Positions 17,937-26,490 of a stretch of DNA of 64,000 nucleotides are shown here, in pieces. The stretch is from a virus, in the IMG/VR virus record IMGVR_UViG_3300025015_000011, positions 1 through 64,000 of that record; one strand, written 5' to 3'. The notes beneath the pieces are model-generated. The model was not told the origin of the DNA, searched no databases, and was given only the letters and a program-made list of their open reading frames with translations. The translations under genes and the position numbers were made by a program. Numbering within the stretch: position 1 is the first letter of the stretch; each line of letters starts with the position of its first letter.

Positions 17937-18467
17937 CTATTTAAGGATAAAATATCTATCTTTACTCTTTAGAACTACTGCCTTACGATAGCCATTCTCT
18001 GTCAAGTATTGTTTAACTTTTTCATTTTTGACAGAATATCTTGAACCATCTCTCCTGATTTTAGTAGCCCCAATAAAATCTATTTCTTCTACTTCAAATA
18101 CGGGAAGACCTGACCTATACCCATCTGGTTCAATTCTTCTCTGAGTAGAACCAAGTCTTTCAGGTTTAGCTGCTATATCAGAAGTAGTTGTAGATTCTTC
18201 TGACACCTCAGTTGGTATTGTTCCCATACCTTTGCAATTTCTACAACCTTCACCATTGCAATTAGGGCAAATATCACCTTCATCATCTTCTTCATTGATA
18301 CCAAGATTACTTTTTACACTCCCTAAAGTTCTTTTGTACACTTCTTCATCTGGTAAGTTAGAACCAGATTTACGAATTGAGGTTTCTGCTTCTTGCCAGG
18401 ACTTCTCAACTTCTTGTGGTGATTTCTTTCCCTTTTTAGCCAAATCGTTTATCATGGGTAACGGCAT
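17937..18467 (-). CDS. Hypothetical late protein with DnaJ-like CxxCxGxG motifs
   Basis: CPNCNGEGCRNCKGMG; INE-E and SEESTTTSDIA. Confidence 0.7.
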   Translation of the reverse strand: MPLPMINDLAKKGKKSPQEVEKSWQEAETSIRKSGSNLPDEEVYKRTLGSVKSNLGINEEDDEGDICPNCNGEGCRNCKGMGTIPTEVSEESTTTSDIAAKPERLGSTQRRIEPDGYRSGLPVFEVEEIDFIGATKIRRDGSRYSVKNEKVKQYLTENGYRKAVVLKSKDRYFILK

Positions 18468-18787
18468 TATTTTCTCCTTTTAGGTTTTTCTATTATCTCT
18501 TCTATTTCATCAATGGTAATGAATGAACAAAAAGCCCCAGGATAAGGGTCTAATACTCTATTTATATTTAACATCCACACATCAGATTCCTCATTATATT
18601 CTGGTATACCATCTATAGCCCATAATCCTCCATCTTCAACCCATTTTCTTGGTATCTCTTCACTACCATAAGATAATGAAGGCACTGAATCTTTCTTTAA
18701 TCTAATAAAAGTTCCAGATTTCAAATTTTCTGGTTTAATTTCAACACTCTCTTTTAAAAATATATCAATCTTTTCTAAAATAGTCAT
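18467..18787 (-). CDS. Putative head-internal protein (likely start ATG 18787)
   Basis: Leader MTILEKIDIFLKE; RBS AAGGA. Confidence 0.7.
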   Translation of the reverse strand: MTILEKIDIFLKESVEIKPENLKSGTFIRLKKDSVPSLSYGSEEIPRKWVEDGGLWAIDGIPEYNEESDVWMLNINRVLDPYPGAFCSFITIDEIEEIIEKPKRRK

Positions 18788-18795
18788 TTTATTCC

Positions 18796-19029
18796 TTAAC
18801 TGTTTAATGTTTCTATTTTCCAACCCTCTGCTGCAGGGTCTGACCATACTTGCATTGGTATAACTGAAGGATTTGTTACTATTTTAATACCAGGCATTGA
18901 TTTTTGTAAATCATAATGATATTGTGGATTTTTATTATCAGTATAAATGAATTTTTCTTTATTGGGTTTAGTTACCACTAAAGTTTTATCTTCATTCAGA
19001 ACTGAATTTATTTTATCTAGAATGTCCAT
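18796..19029 (-). CDS. Putative head-internal protein
   Basis: Leader MDILDKINSVLNE. Confidence 0.7.
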   Translation of the reverse strand: MDILDKINSVLNEDKTLVVTKPNKEKFIYTDNKNPQYHYDLQKSMPGIKIVTNPSVIPMQVWSDPAAEGWKIETLNS

Positions 19030-19188
19030 TCATTTTCCATTCTTAAATTTCTTTCTCTTAACTCTCCTACCTTTCTTCAATTCAAAATACTTCTCTTGTG
19101 CTTTGGTTGATTTTGGCATTTCACAAATCTCACCAAACAATCTTTCTATTCCTTGAATTTCTGCTGGAGTAAATCGAGATTTGCTAAT
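19030..19188 (-). CDS. Small basic protein with apparent ATT start (not in ORF track)
   Basis: AAGGAG, 8 nt, ATT; 52 codons exactly filling the gap. Confidence 0.45.
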   Translation of the reverse strand: MSKSRFTPAEIQGIERLFGEICEMPKSTKAQEKYFELKKGRRVKRKKFKNGK

Positions 19189-19200
19189 AAGAATTTCTCC

Positions 19201-19479
19201 TTAATAAGAAAATTTCTTAACTACTTTATAAAGTTCAGTAACTACATAATCACTTGGTTCGACTGATGATACTAATTCTTTTAATGATTCTATTATCTTT
19301 TTAGAATCTTTATTCTTGCAACCTTTACATTCTAAACTCTTAAGGACTGTTTTGACTTCTTCATTATCAAGATTTTCAGACATGAATAAAAGAGCTTTTA
19401 ATGTTTTATGACGTTTAGTCCCAGCAGTGGATGTAATATCTTCTTTTAAAAATAGATCTATTTTAGAAAGTATATCCAT
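19201..19479 (-). CDS. Putative head-internal protein
   Basis: Leader MDILSKIDLFLKE. Confidence 0.7.
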   Translation of the reverse strand: MDILSKIDLFLKEDITSTAGTKRHKTLKALLFMSENLDNEEVKTVLKSLECKGCKNKDSKKIIESLKELVSSVEPSDYVVTELYKVVKKFSY

Positions 19480-19481
19480 CT

Positions 19482-20213
19482 TTAACTCTCCTTTATACTA
19501 TTAAATATTTCTTTCCATATATGTTGAAATTCCTCTATTTGACTATCATTTGAAAATACTGCATATAACCTACCAAGACCTTCCATGGTAAATTCTGACC
19601 CACCATAATTGGCAGATACCTTAACTACATTTCCTTCATCATCATAAACATTAAATTCATCAAGGCCGCCAGTTTTTATCTTATCTACAATAGAATTTAT
19701 ATTAGTTAGAAACTGTTCATTATCATGTTTTGGAATATTAAATGCTCCAAATGCTGAAGTAGGCTCACCATTTAAAGTAGTATAAATGAAAAATCTAAAT
19801 GTTTCTATATCATCAACATACTGAATTAAAATACCTTCTGTTAAACCAATCTTCATAGAAGTTTCAAACACTTCACCTGAGATAGGAGACATCATTTCTT
19901 CATCTTCAGTCAATAATGTTTTATCTATATCATGTTCTTCTCTAAGAAGTAGCCATGCTAATGTCATTTTTAAAAAAAATCTATCTCCAACAAAAACTCT
20001 TATCTTTCTAATCATTCTATCAAGTAAAGTATATGCTTTCTTGTCCTCAATAGATTTAATTGGTTTCTTAGTTCTTTTGCCTTTTTCATCAATAATTCCC
20101 AAGTCATAAGCTTTCCAGCGAGTGAACGGTGTAATAAATTTTTTGGCCATCGCATATACGATAAAAAAATCTATTAATCTACCTTCAGTTAGAAGATTAT
20201 TATTACGACCCAT
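19482..20213 (-). CDS. Conserved T4-like hypothetical late protein
   Basis: PF..W.AY.LGIIDEKG...AYT.L.R motif recalled from T4-like phages; LLTE sites. Confidence 0.7.
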   Translation of the reverse strand: MGRNNNLLTEGRLIDFFIVYAMAKKFITPFTRWKAYDLGIIDEKGKRTKKPIKSIEDKKAYTLLDRMIRKIRVFVGDRFFLKMTLAWLLLREEHDIDKTLLTEDEEMMSPISGEVFETSMKIGLTEGILIQYVDDIETFRFFIYTTLNGEPTSAFGAFNIPKHDNEQFLTNINSIVDKIKTGGLDEFNVYDDEGNVVKVSANYGGSEFTMEGLGRLYAVFSNDSQIEEFQHIWKEIFNSIKES

Positions 20214-20484
20214 AAATCTTAACTCCTTTAGGTCTTGGCACTGCTCTCCAATCTTTTGATACTTTATCTAACATCTTGAAAAATTCATTTGGTATTGTGG
20301 CACTGAAAGATTTAGATAAATTTCTGATAAGTTGAAGTAGTTTTTCTTTACCCCCAGCTAACCCCACCCATCTGTGAAGTTTCTTTTCATCTTTCTTTTC
20401 AACTATATCTTTTATAGTAGATTCAATAGATTCTTTGCTATAAGAAAGCCCTTCAAATAATATGAAATCTTTAAAATCCATCAT
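20203..20484 (-). CDS. Putative head-internal protein
   Basis: Leader MDFKDFILFE. Confidence 0.7.
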   Translation of the reverse strand: MMDFKDFILFEGLSYSKESIESTIKDIVEKKDEKKLHRWVGLAGGKEKLLQLIRNLSKSFSATIPNEFFKMLDKVSKDWRAVPRPKGVKIYGS

Positions 20485-20879
20485 TCCATATCTCGCTTTC
20501 TTTTAAAGGCTTCAATATCTCCTTCTGGTTCATGGTCTTGGTCATATAATCTATCTTCGGCCCATTCAATAAACTGAGCATCTTTTAAAAGCCAATTATT
20601 AATTAAATCTTCATTTTCAAACATAAACTTTCTAAATGCAGATTCTTCAACATACTTTTCTTCTTCAATTTCAGATGGAGAGAAATTTCTTTTAACCCAA
20701 ACCATATAATCATCAAAATGTTCTTCAAGAATAAAATCATTTAAAAATAAACCATATTCTTGCATTTTAACAGATATGAATTTTTCTCTATATTCATCCA
20801 TATCACTACCTATTTTTTTAAATAGTGAACTAACATCTTCTTTTAAAAATGACTTGAATGATTTAATCATATTTTCCAT
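20481..20879 (-). CDS. Putative head-internal protein
   Basis: Leader IKSFKSFLKE; internal FRKFMFE. Confidence 0.7.
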   Translation of the reverse strand: MENMIKSFKSFLKEDVSSLFKKIGSDMDEYREKFISVKMQEYGLFLNDFILEEHFDDYMVWVKRNFSPSEIEEEKYVEESAFRKFMFENEDLINNWLLKDAQFIEWAEDRLYDQDHEPEGDIEAFKRKRDME

Positions 20880-21085
20880 CCTTCTTCTCTTGCTTCTTCT
20901 ATAGAATCAAAATCTAATTGTTCAATATAGATAGCGCCCTTTTTAGCTTGCAAAAGAAGTGAAATACCTCCTGAAGAATTGGTTGCTACTTTACAATACA
21001 CTTTATTCCCTTTAGCAAAAGATTTATGAATATCAGTTCTTGGTATCCACATACTAATATCTTTTGGGAGAATTATAGTTTTCAT
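20867..21085 (-). CDS. Hypothetical protein
   Basis: Coupled ORF in the operon. Confidence 0.6.
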   Translation of the reverse strand: MKTIILPKDISMWIPRTDIHKSFAKGNKVYCKVATNSSGGISLLLQAKKGAIYIEQLDFDSIEEAREEGWKI

Positions 21086-21393
21086 TAATCTTTATATTCT
21101 ATTATTAAATCTACTATATGTGTACCAGTTGGTATATCTTCAACACTTATCAATCTATCTCCAAAAATTTTCTGTGCTATTATTTTTACAGCTTTTAAAT
21201 GTTTTTCGGTGAAATTTCCACCAGAAAATCCTTGTGTCCCTAGTCCCCAGTATTTCTTTCTTTTACCACCTTTTATTTTATCTGAAAAAGTGGATATATA
21301 TTTTATGTTATTACTTTTGAGATAATCAGTAATTTCTTTAGTTGTATCAACTGCTTCATTCAAAACACTATCAATCTTTTCTAATATATTCAT
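21085..21393 (-). CDS. Putative head-internal protein
   Basis: Leader MNILEKIDSVLNE. Confidence 0.7.
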   Translation of the reverse strand: MNILEKIDSVLNEAVDTTKEITDYLKSNNIKYISTFSDKIKGGKRKKYWGLGTQGFSGGNFTEKHLKAVKIIAQKIFGDRLISVEDIPTGTHIVDLIIEYKD

Positions 21394-21923
21394 ATCATCA
21401 AGCCTTTCAGTTTATTATAATATTTCCAAATATTTTTACTAGTACTTTTTCTAAAACTATTCTCATCATCTTTTCTAATATAATCTCTTATATTAGTAGC
21501 ATCCATGTATTTCTTTGTTATGACTAATTCAATATCTAAATCATTAGTCATTTTAATGTAATCTTCTCTTCTATCCTGTCCTGATACAAAATACTTCATA
21601 TTATAACCTTGAGCTTTTAATGTTTCATACACTTCAGGGATATATCCATTTGGTAAAGGTTCATTTAAAATTACTATATTATCAAGACCTTGAAGTGATT
21701 TAACTACCAGTTCTCTTTGTATAGTAAAAGGTAATGGATTTTTCTCTTTATCTTGAGAAGTCACATTACCTTTTACTATACCAATTATAATTTTATATTG
21801 TGGAAATTTTAAGCGAACATCTTTAATTACTTGAGAATGTCCAAGATGCCATGGTTGAAATCTACCAATAAAAACTACAACTGGTATCTCAGATTCTTCT
21901 TTAAGAAAAGACTTGAAAGACAT
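21390..21923 (-). CDS. HIGH-motif nucleotidyltransferase (cytidylyltransferase/NMNAT-like) with leader
   Basis: GRFQPWHLGH, KNPL, GQDR, DATNIR; leader MSFKSFLKE. Confidence 0.85.
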   Translation of the reverse strand: MSFKSFLKEESEIPVVVFIGRFQPWHLGHSQVIKDVRLKFPQYKIIIGIVKGNVTSQDKEKNPLPFTIQRELVVKSLQGLDNIVILNEPLPNGYIPEVYETLKAQGYNMKYFVSGQDRREDYIKMTNDLDIELVITKKYMDATNIRDYIRKDDENSFRKSTSKNIWKYYNKLKGLMI

Positions 21924-21924
21924 T

Positions 21925-22584
21925 TTAATCCTGAAATACAGGAGGATGTTTTAGTATGTCTCCATCGCGATCGATGCCACTTTTCCAAATTGCTTTCTTG
22001 GCATTAAACTTTCCATTCATCCAATAGCCAGATTCAAAAACCCCACCATTGAACTCACCATTGATGAATCTACCATTTCTAAATGTACCATTCATAAACT
22101 GCCCATCAATGAAAGAGCCAGATTCAAAAAGGCCATTTTTAAAAGTTCCAGTAAATTCATTACCTTTCCAAACTCCACTTAACCAAGTGCCTTTAAATGA
22201 CCCTTCTAAGAAAGTGCCTTTCTTCCATGTACCTGACCAAATATCTCCTTTAACAAAAGTACCATCCTGCCACTCAATGTTTTTTGCTACACCTGAGAAT
22301 TTACCATTTTTGAAAATGCCTGTTTCCCAGACAGATTCTTTAAAATGGCCATCAATCCAAGTGCCTTGATACCAAACAATTTTACCATTCTTAATACCAA
22401 TAACAGCATCTTCAAAGGATGCCTTCATTAACCAATCAAACTTAGTACGGATGGTATCTTCAGCGAGACCATCCCGGAGTTCTCTTATTCCGGGTATGGT
22501 CACACGAAGGACTTCTACAGGAGCTTTGTCAGCTACAGATTGGATTGGCTCTTCTTCTTTAAGAAAAAAAGCTTTAAAATTCAT
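21925..22584 (-). CDS. [FW]xxGx pentapeptide-repeat protein with leader
   Basis: Long run of FKNGL-FESGS-FIDGQ-type repeats; leader MNFKAFFLKE. Confidence 0.75.
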   Translation of the reverse strand: MNFKAFFLKEEEPIQSVADKAPVEVLRVTIPGIRELRDGLAEDTIRTKFDWLMKASFEDAVIGIKNGKIVWYQGTWIDGHFKESVWETGIFKNGKFSGVAKNIEWQDGTFVKGDIWSGTWKKGTFLEGSFKGTWLSGVWKGNEFTGTFKNGLFESGSFIDGQFMNGTFRNGRFINGEFNGGVFESGYWMNGKFNAKKAIWKSGIDRDGDILKHPPVFQD

Positions 22585-22596
22585 TTTGAATTATCC

Positions 22597-22977
22597 TTAG
22601 TAGGTTTCGTCATCTGTGTCTGTTACTTCTATTTCTTCATCCTCATCACCAGTAGGAGCATCTAAATCATCAGTTTCACCATCTTCTTCTTTTGCGGCTT
22701 CAATTACATTCTGAATGTAATTGAGAACTCCTTCTTTCATCTCATCTGTAAGTTCAGATTCAAAAGCAGCAACCTTTTCAGCAAAAGTAGGCTCTACATC
22801 CTCTTCATCACCTTCAAGGCCTTCATCATCACCTGAAAATTCCATTTCAGTATCATCTGCAGGAATATCATTTATCACATCTTCATCTTCCTTTACAACC
22901 TTTTTCTTTACAGTCTTCTTAGTCTTTACACCTTCGTTTAATATGCTCTCAATCCTATCCATTAATTCTTTGCTCAT
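22597..22977 (-). CDS. Highly acidic prohead-core-like protein
   Basis: Leader LMDRIESILNE; D/E-rich. Confidence 0.65.
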   Translation of the reverse strand: MSKELMDRIESILNEGVKTKKTVKKKVVKEDEDVINDIPADDTEMEFSGDDEGLEGDEEDVEPTFAEKVAAFESELTDEMKEGVLNYIQNVIEAAKEEDGETDDLDAPTGDEDEEIEVTDTDDETY

Positions 22978-22989
22978 TTTGTTCTCCTC

Positions 22990-23391
22990 TTATTTTATTC
23001 TATATTTTTTTAGTACTAAATCTAATTGCTTTTGCCAAATACTTTTACCTTCAAACTTCTCTTCATTTATATCATTAAACCCCTCACTAAGAAGAAATTT
23101 AAGAAAATTCTCTTTTTCTTCATTGTTCAGGTCATCTAAAAGAATATCATAAAACTTGTGTTTGTCAAAGTTTTTACGTAAAATAAAAATTTTATTGAAG
23201 ATTCCATGAAGTCTTTCTAAAGAAGTTTCTTTCAGATATGATGTTATTTGGCGCTTGAGTGTTTTGAGTAAGTATTCATCTTCTTTATACTCACATTCAA
23301 GTCCTTTATAGAATTCTTTGAAATTACTAGTGATAAAGACTCCTTTAGTTACATTCCTATTATAAGTATTTATATCAGAAATCCTTGACAA
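22990..23391 (-). CDS. Conserved T4-like hypothetical protein (start possibly ATC at 23334)
   Basis: LKR...Y.....LE.L.....I.IL...F pattern; AAGGAG at 23345-23340. Confidence 0.65.
   Translation of the reverse strand: MSRISDINTYNRNVTKGVFITSNFKEFYKGLECEYKEDEYLLKTLKRQITSYLKETSLERLHGIFNKIFILRKNFDKHKFYDILLDDLNNEEKENFLKFLLSEGFNDINEEKFEGKSIWQKQLDLVLKKYRIK
23367..23374 (-). promoter_or_regulatory. Late promoter heading the leader-bearing operon
   Basis: TATAAATA at the strand switch, back-to-back with a plus-strand TTGACA at 23385. Confidence 0.7.
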
Positions 23392-23454
23392 AGGTAAAAA
23401 AGTATGATATTTTATAAAATAATTAAATTTTTATTAAGAAAAAGGTGTGAAATC

Positions 23455-23850
23455 ATGGCATTATCTATATTATCACAAGAATTTAAAGACAAAGTATCAA
23501 ATGATTTGAAAATTGAAGACCTTGGAAAGAATACTACTGAGAACATTGGTTATCAGAATTACTACTTACAGCTCTATATTGAGCACAGGTCTCAATTATT
23601 GAAGCTGGCCAGAATCAAGGATGAAAAGTATCAAACACTTCTTCATCATTATAAATTTGAGAATAACTATGACCTCAGGAATGCAGAACTTGATTTATAT
23701 ATCAAGGCTGATGCTAAATTCAAAGAAATTCGTAAATTATATGAATTAAAAGAGCTTGAAGTTGAATACTTACAAGAAATAGTAAAAATGTTCCAAAATA
23801 GGAATTTTGCTCTAAAAAATCTAATTGAATTGGAGAAATTAAACAAATGA
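23455..23850 (+). CDS. uvsY: Recombination mediator UvsY
   Basis: YIKAD...EYLQEIVKMFQNRNFALKNLIE; close to uvsW. Confidence 0.8.
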   Translation: MALSILSQEFKDKVSNDLKIEDLGKNTTENIGYQNYYLQLYIEHRSQLLKLARIKDEKYQTLLHHYKFENNYDLRNAELDLYIKADAKFKEIRKLYELKELEVEYLQEIVKMFQNRNFALKNLIELEKLNK

Positions 23851-24560
23851 GATTAGAGAATTGGTCAATTAAAGAGAATGAAGAAGATGGAGAAATTAGA
23901 AAACGACTAAGAGGGGCTGTTTATGGCAGTCATGGATTTGAAGAAGGGCAATATGTTGTTACTTCTTATGTTACCGGCAAATTTGAAGGTAAAGTAGTAA
24001 CCGTTGCTGGGTCTTTATATGAATTGGGCAAAAAAGAAGATGTTTTATCTGAATATAATAATCGTTTACTTATAAAGGATTTCCTTGATACTTTACCAGA
24101 AGTTCCAGAACCAAATGTTAATAGAGCTAAATGTTTGAATTGTAACACTATTTTAGAATCTCATTATAGGCATGATTTTCAAGAATGTTCTTGTCCTAAT
24201 GGAACTTATACTGATGGTGGGTTGGATTATCAGAGATGTGGTGGAGAAGAGTTAACTAAAATTGCTGTTTGGGATAATGATAAAAAGGAGTGGATAAATT
24301 GTTTTAATGAAGTAACATCCAATAGTACAACAAAACCTTTATCTGGCTGGTTCAGGCCTAAAATTACAAAAGTATATAAAATTCTTCATATACCAACTGG
24401 ATTATATTTTACGCCTAATAGCAGTAAAAATTTAAATAAAAAAGGTAAAGTTTACCATTCTAAACCAAATATATCTTTTACAAAATATTCTAGTTATAAA
24501 GAAGAAGATTGGAAAATAGTAACTTTTAAATTGGAGAGAATTGATGAAGAAAAAGATTGA
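23847..24560 (+). CDS. Fusion of three small phage domains
   Basis: RLENW domain (paralogous to 55045), NRAKC..C...LES..RHDF..C.C....DGG domain, VYKI.H.PTGLY domain. Confidence 0.7.
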   Translation: MRLENWSIKENEEDGEIRKRLRGAVYGSHGFEEGQYVVTSYVTGKFEGKVVTVAGSLYELGKKEDVLSEYNNRLLIKDFLDTLPEVPEPNVNRAKCLNCNTILESHYRHDFQECSCPNGTYTDGGLDYQRCGGEELTKIAVWDNDKKEWINCFNEVTSNSTTKPLSGWFRPKITKVYKILHIPTGLYFTPNSSKNLNKKGKVYHSKPNISFTKYSSYKEEDWKIVTFKLERIDEEKD

Positions 24561-24700
24561 CAAGAAACCTAAGGAGAAATCAGTAAAGAAGATAATTGTT
24601 AGATTTCTTGATTATCCTCAAGCATATGGGAGAACTCCTATAAATATTATGAACAATGGTAGAGGAAAGGTAATAGTTTACTAATAAATATTTGTTTAAA

Positions 24701-24774
24701 GCGGGTAAGCTAACGGTTAGTCGTCAGCCTTCCAAGCTGTACAGAGTAGGGTTCGAATCCCTCTGCCCGCTCCA
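24701..24774 (+). tRNA. tRNA-Gly(TCC), atypical D-arm
   Basis: Acceptor GCGGGTA/TGCCCGC, CAGC-CT TCC AA-GCTG, GGTTCGAATCC, encoded CCA. Confidence 0.8.
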
Positions 24775-24792
24775 ATTTTAAAGGATAAATCA

Positions 24793-24936
24793 ATGAAAAC
24801 TAATGAAGTTGATAAAATGACAGCTAAAGCAGCAAAAGAATATCTTAAAGAACTAATGGAAAGATTAGATAGCCTTGATTGTGAAGATTTCTTTGGTTCT
24901 GAAGGTTGGAGACATTTTGTGATGGGTGAAGATTAA
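24793..24936 (+). CDS. Small hypothetical protein (47 aa)
   Basis: RBS AAGGA; LD.EDFFGSEGW. Confidence 0.5.
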   Translation: MKTNEVDKMTAKAAKEYLKELMERLDSLDCEDFFGSEGWRHFVMGED

Positions 24937-24943
24937 CAACTTA

Positions 24944-25022
24944 TATAAATATTAATGAAAGGCGCTCCATTATAGCGGTATAATGGAGCCAGGGCAAGGA
25001 ACCACAACCCTGATACCTTTCA
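24944..25022 (+). promoter_or_regulatory. Late promoter plus three-way-junction leader of uvsW
   Basis: TATAAATA; TGAAAGG/CCTTTCA closing GCTCCATTATA/TATAATGGAGC and CAGGG/CCCTG. Confidence 0.65.
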
Positions 25023-25050
25023 CAAATAATTATTAAAGGAACATAACTTT

Positions 25051-26490
25051 GTGGCGCTATTCATAGAAAAATTCGATAATTCTTTCATAAAAATTACTGG
25101 TCCTTATGATGAAAAAGAACTTTTATCATCATACTTCAAAAAACCTTCTAAAAATTTTCAACATACTCCATTATATAAAAGTGGAGCATGGGATGGTACT
25201 ATTAAATTCTTCAATAAATCTACCAGTCTTCTACCATATGGTCTCAATCAAAAATTATTTGATTTCTTAGAAGAATCAGAAATTGAATTTGCTTTAAGTG
25301 AAGAATTAGAAGATTCTCTTCAACCCAATGATATTTTTGATTTTGAAGAATTAGCTCTTAAAGGGTTTAAAGGCACATTTGAGCCTAAAGTCTATCAACT
25401 TGAAGGCGCTAAAAAAGCCTTATTAGCTGGAAGAGGAATTATTGAACATGGAACTGGGGCAGGTAAAACCTTCATAAACTACTTAATCATTAATTATCTT
25501 ATTCAGAAAGGATATACTAAAATATTATTCATTGTTCCATTAGTTAGTCTTATAGCTCAAGGGCTTAAAGATTTAAAAGATTATGGATTAGATTTATCAT
25601 TAATTGGTAAATATTATGGTAAAGAAAAGGATGATTCTAAAATTATAACTCTTGGAACTTGGCAAAGTCTAAGCAAAAATAAAAAATTATTAAATTCTGT
25701 TCAATGTGTCTTTTTAGATGAGGCACATGGTGGTAAAGCCAATGAAATAACTAAAATAATGAAAGAATGTACCAATACAAAGTATAGAATTGGATGTACT
25801 GGTTCTATGCCTGATTGGGAAGCAGATAAATTTGCAATTATTGGAAGTTTTGGACCCATTCTTGATACTGTTAAAACTCATCAATTAATTCATAAAGAAA
25901 AAGCTCTATCAAATTTAACTGTTAAGGTAATGAATCTTCATTATCCTAAAGACCTTAAAAAGACTGCAAAAAAATATCCAGATGAACGAGATTTAATAAA
26001 ATCATATGAACCTAGAAAGAAATTAGTCAAACATATTATTTCTCATTATGGTAAAGATAAAAATACTTTAATATTATTTGACCATATTGAATTTGGTAAA
26101 GAGTATTTCAATTATATGAAAGCTTTCTTTCCTGAAAAAATATTTTATTGGATTGAAGGTACAGTCAAAGCAGAAGAACGAGAAGATATAAGACTTTCAG
26201 CTAATATTGAAGATAATGTTTTATTATTTGGGTCATTGGGGACTACTTCAACTGGAATTAATATACCCAAAATTCATAACATTATATTCTTGTTTATTGG
26301 CAAGAGTTCAATTAAAATAAAACAATCAATTGGTCGTGGCCTTAGATTACATGAATCTAAGGATAAACTACTTGTATTTGATATTGCTGATAATTTAAAA
26401 TATTCTAAAGGCCATTTGGCTGAGAGGTTAAAATTGTATACTGTAGAGAAATACCCAGTAGAGATATACGAAATAGGAGATAAAAAATGA
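25051..26490 (+). CDS. uvsW: UvsW SF2 helicase
   Basis: WDG.IK.F, GTGAGKT, DEAH, TGS, QSIGRGLR. Confidence 0.93.
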   Translation: MALFIEKFDNSFIKITGPYDEKELLSSYFKKPSKNFQHTPLYKSGAWDGTIKFFNKSTSLLPYGLNQKLFDFLEESEIEFALSEELEDSLQPNDIFDFEELALKGFKGTFEPKVYQLEGAKKALLAGRGIIEHGTGAGKTFINYLIINYLIQKGYTKILFIVPLVSLIAQGLKDLKDYGLDLSLIGKYYGKEKDDSKIITLGTWQSLSKNKKLLNSVQCVFLDEAHGGKANEITKIMKECTNTKYRIGCTGSMPDWEADKFAIIGSFGPILDTVKTHQLIHKEKALSNLTVKVMNLHYPKDLKKTAKKYPDERDLIKSYEPRKKLVKHIISHYGKDKNTLILFDHIEFGKEYFNYMKAFFPEKIFYWIEGTVKAEEREDIRLSANIEDNVLLFGSLGTTSTGINIPKIHNIIFLFIGKSSIKIKQSIGRGLRLHESKDKLLVFDIADNLKYSKGHLAERLKLYTVEKYPVEIYEIGDKK

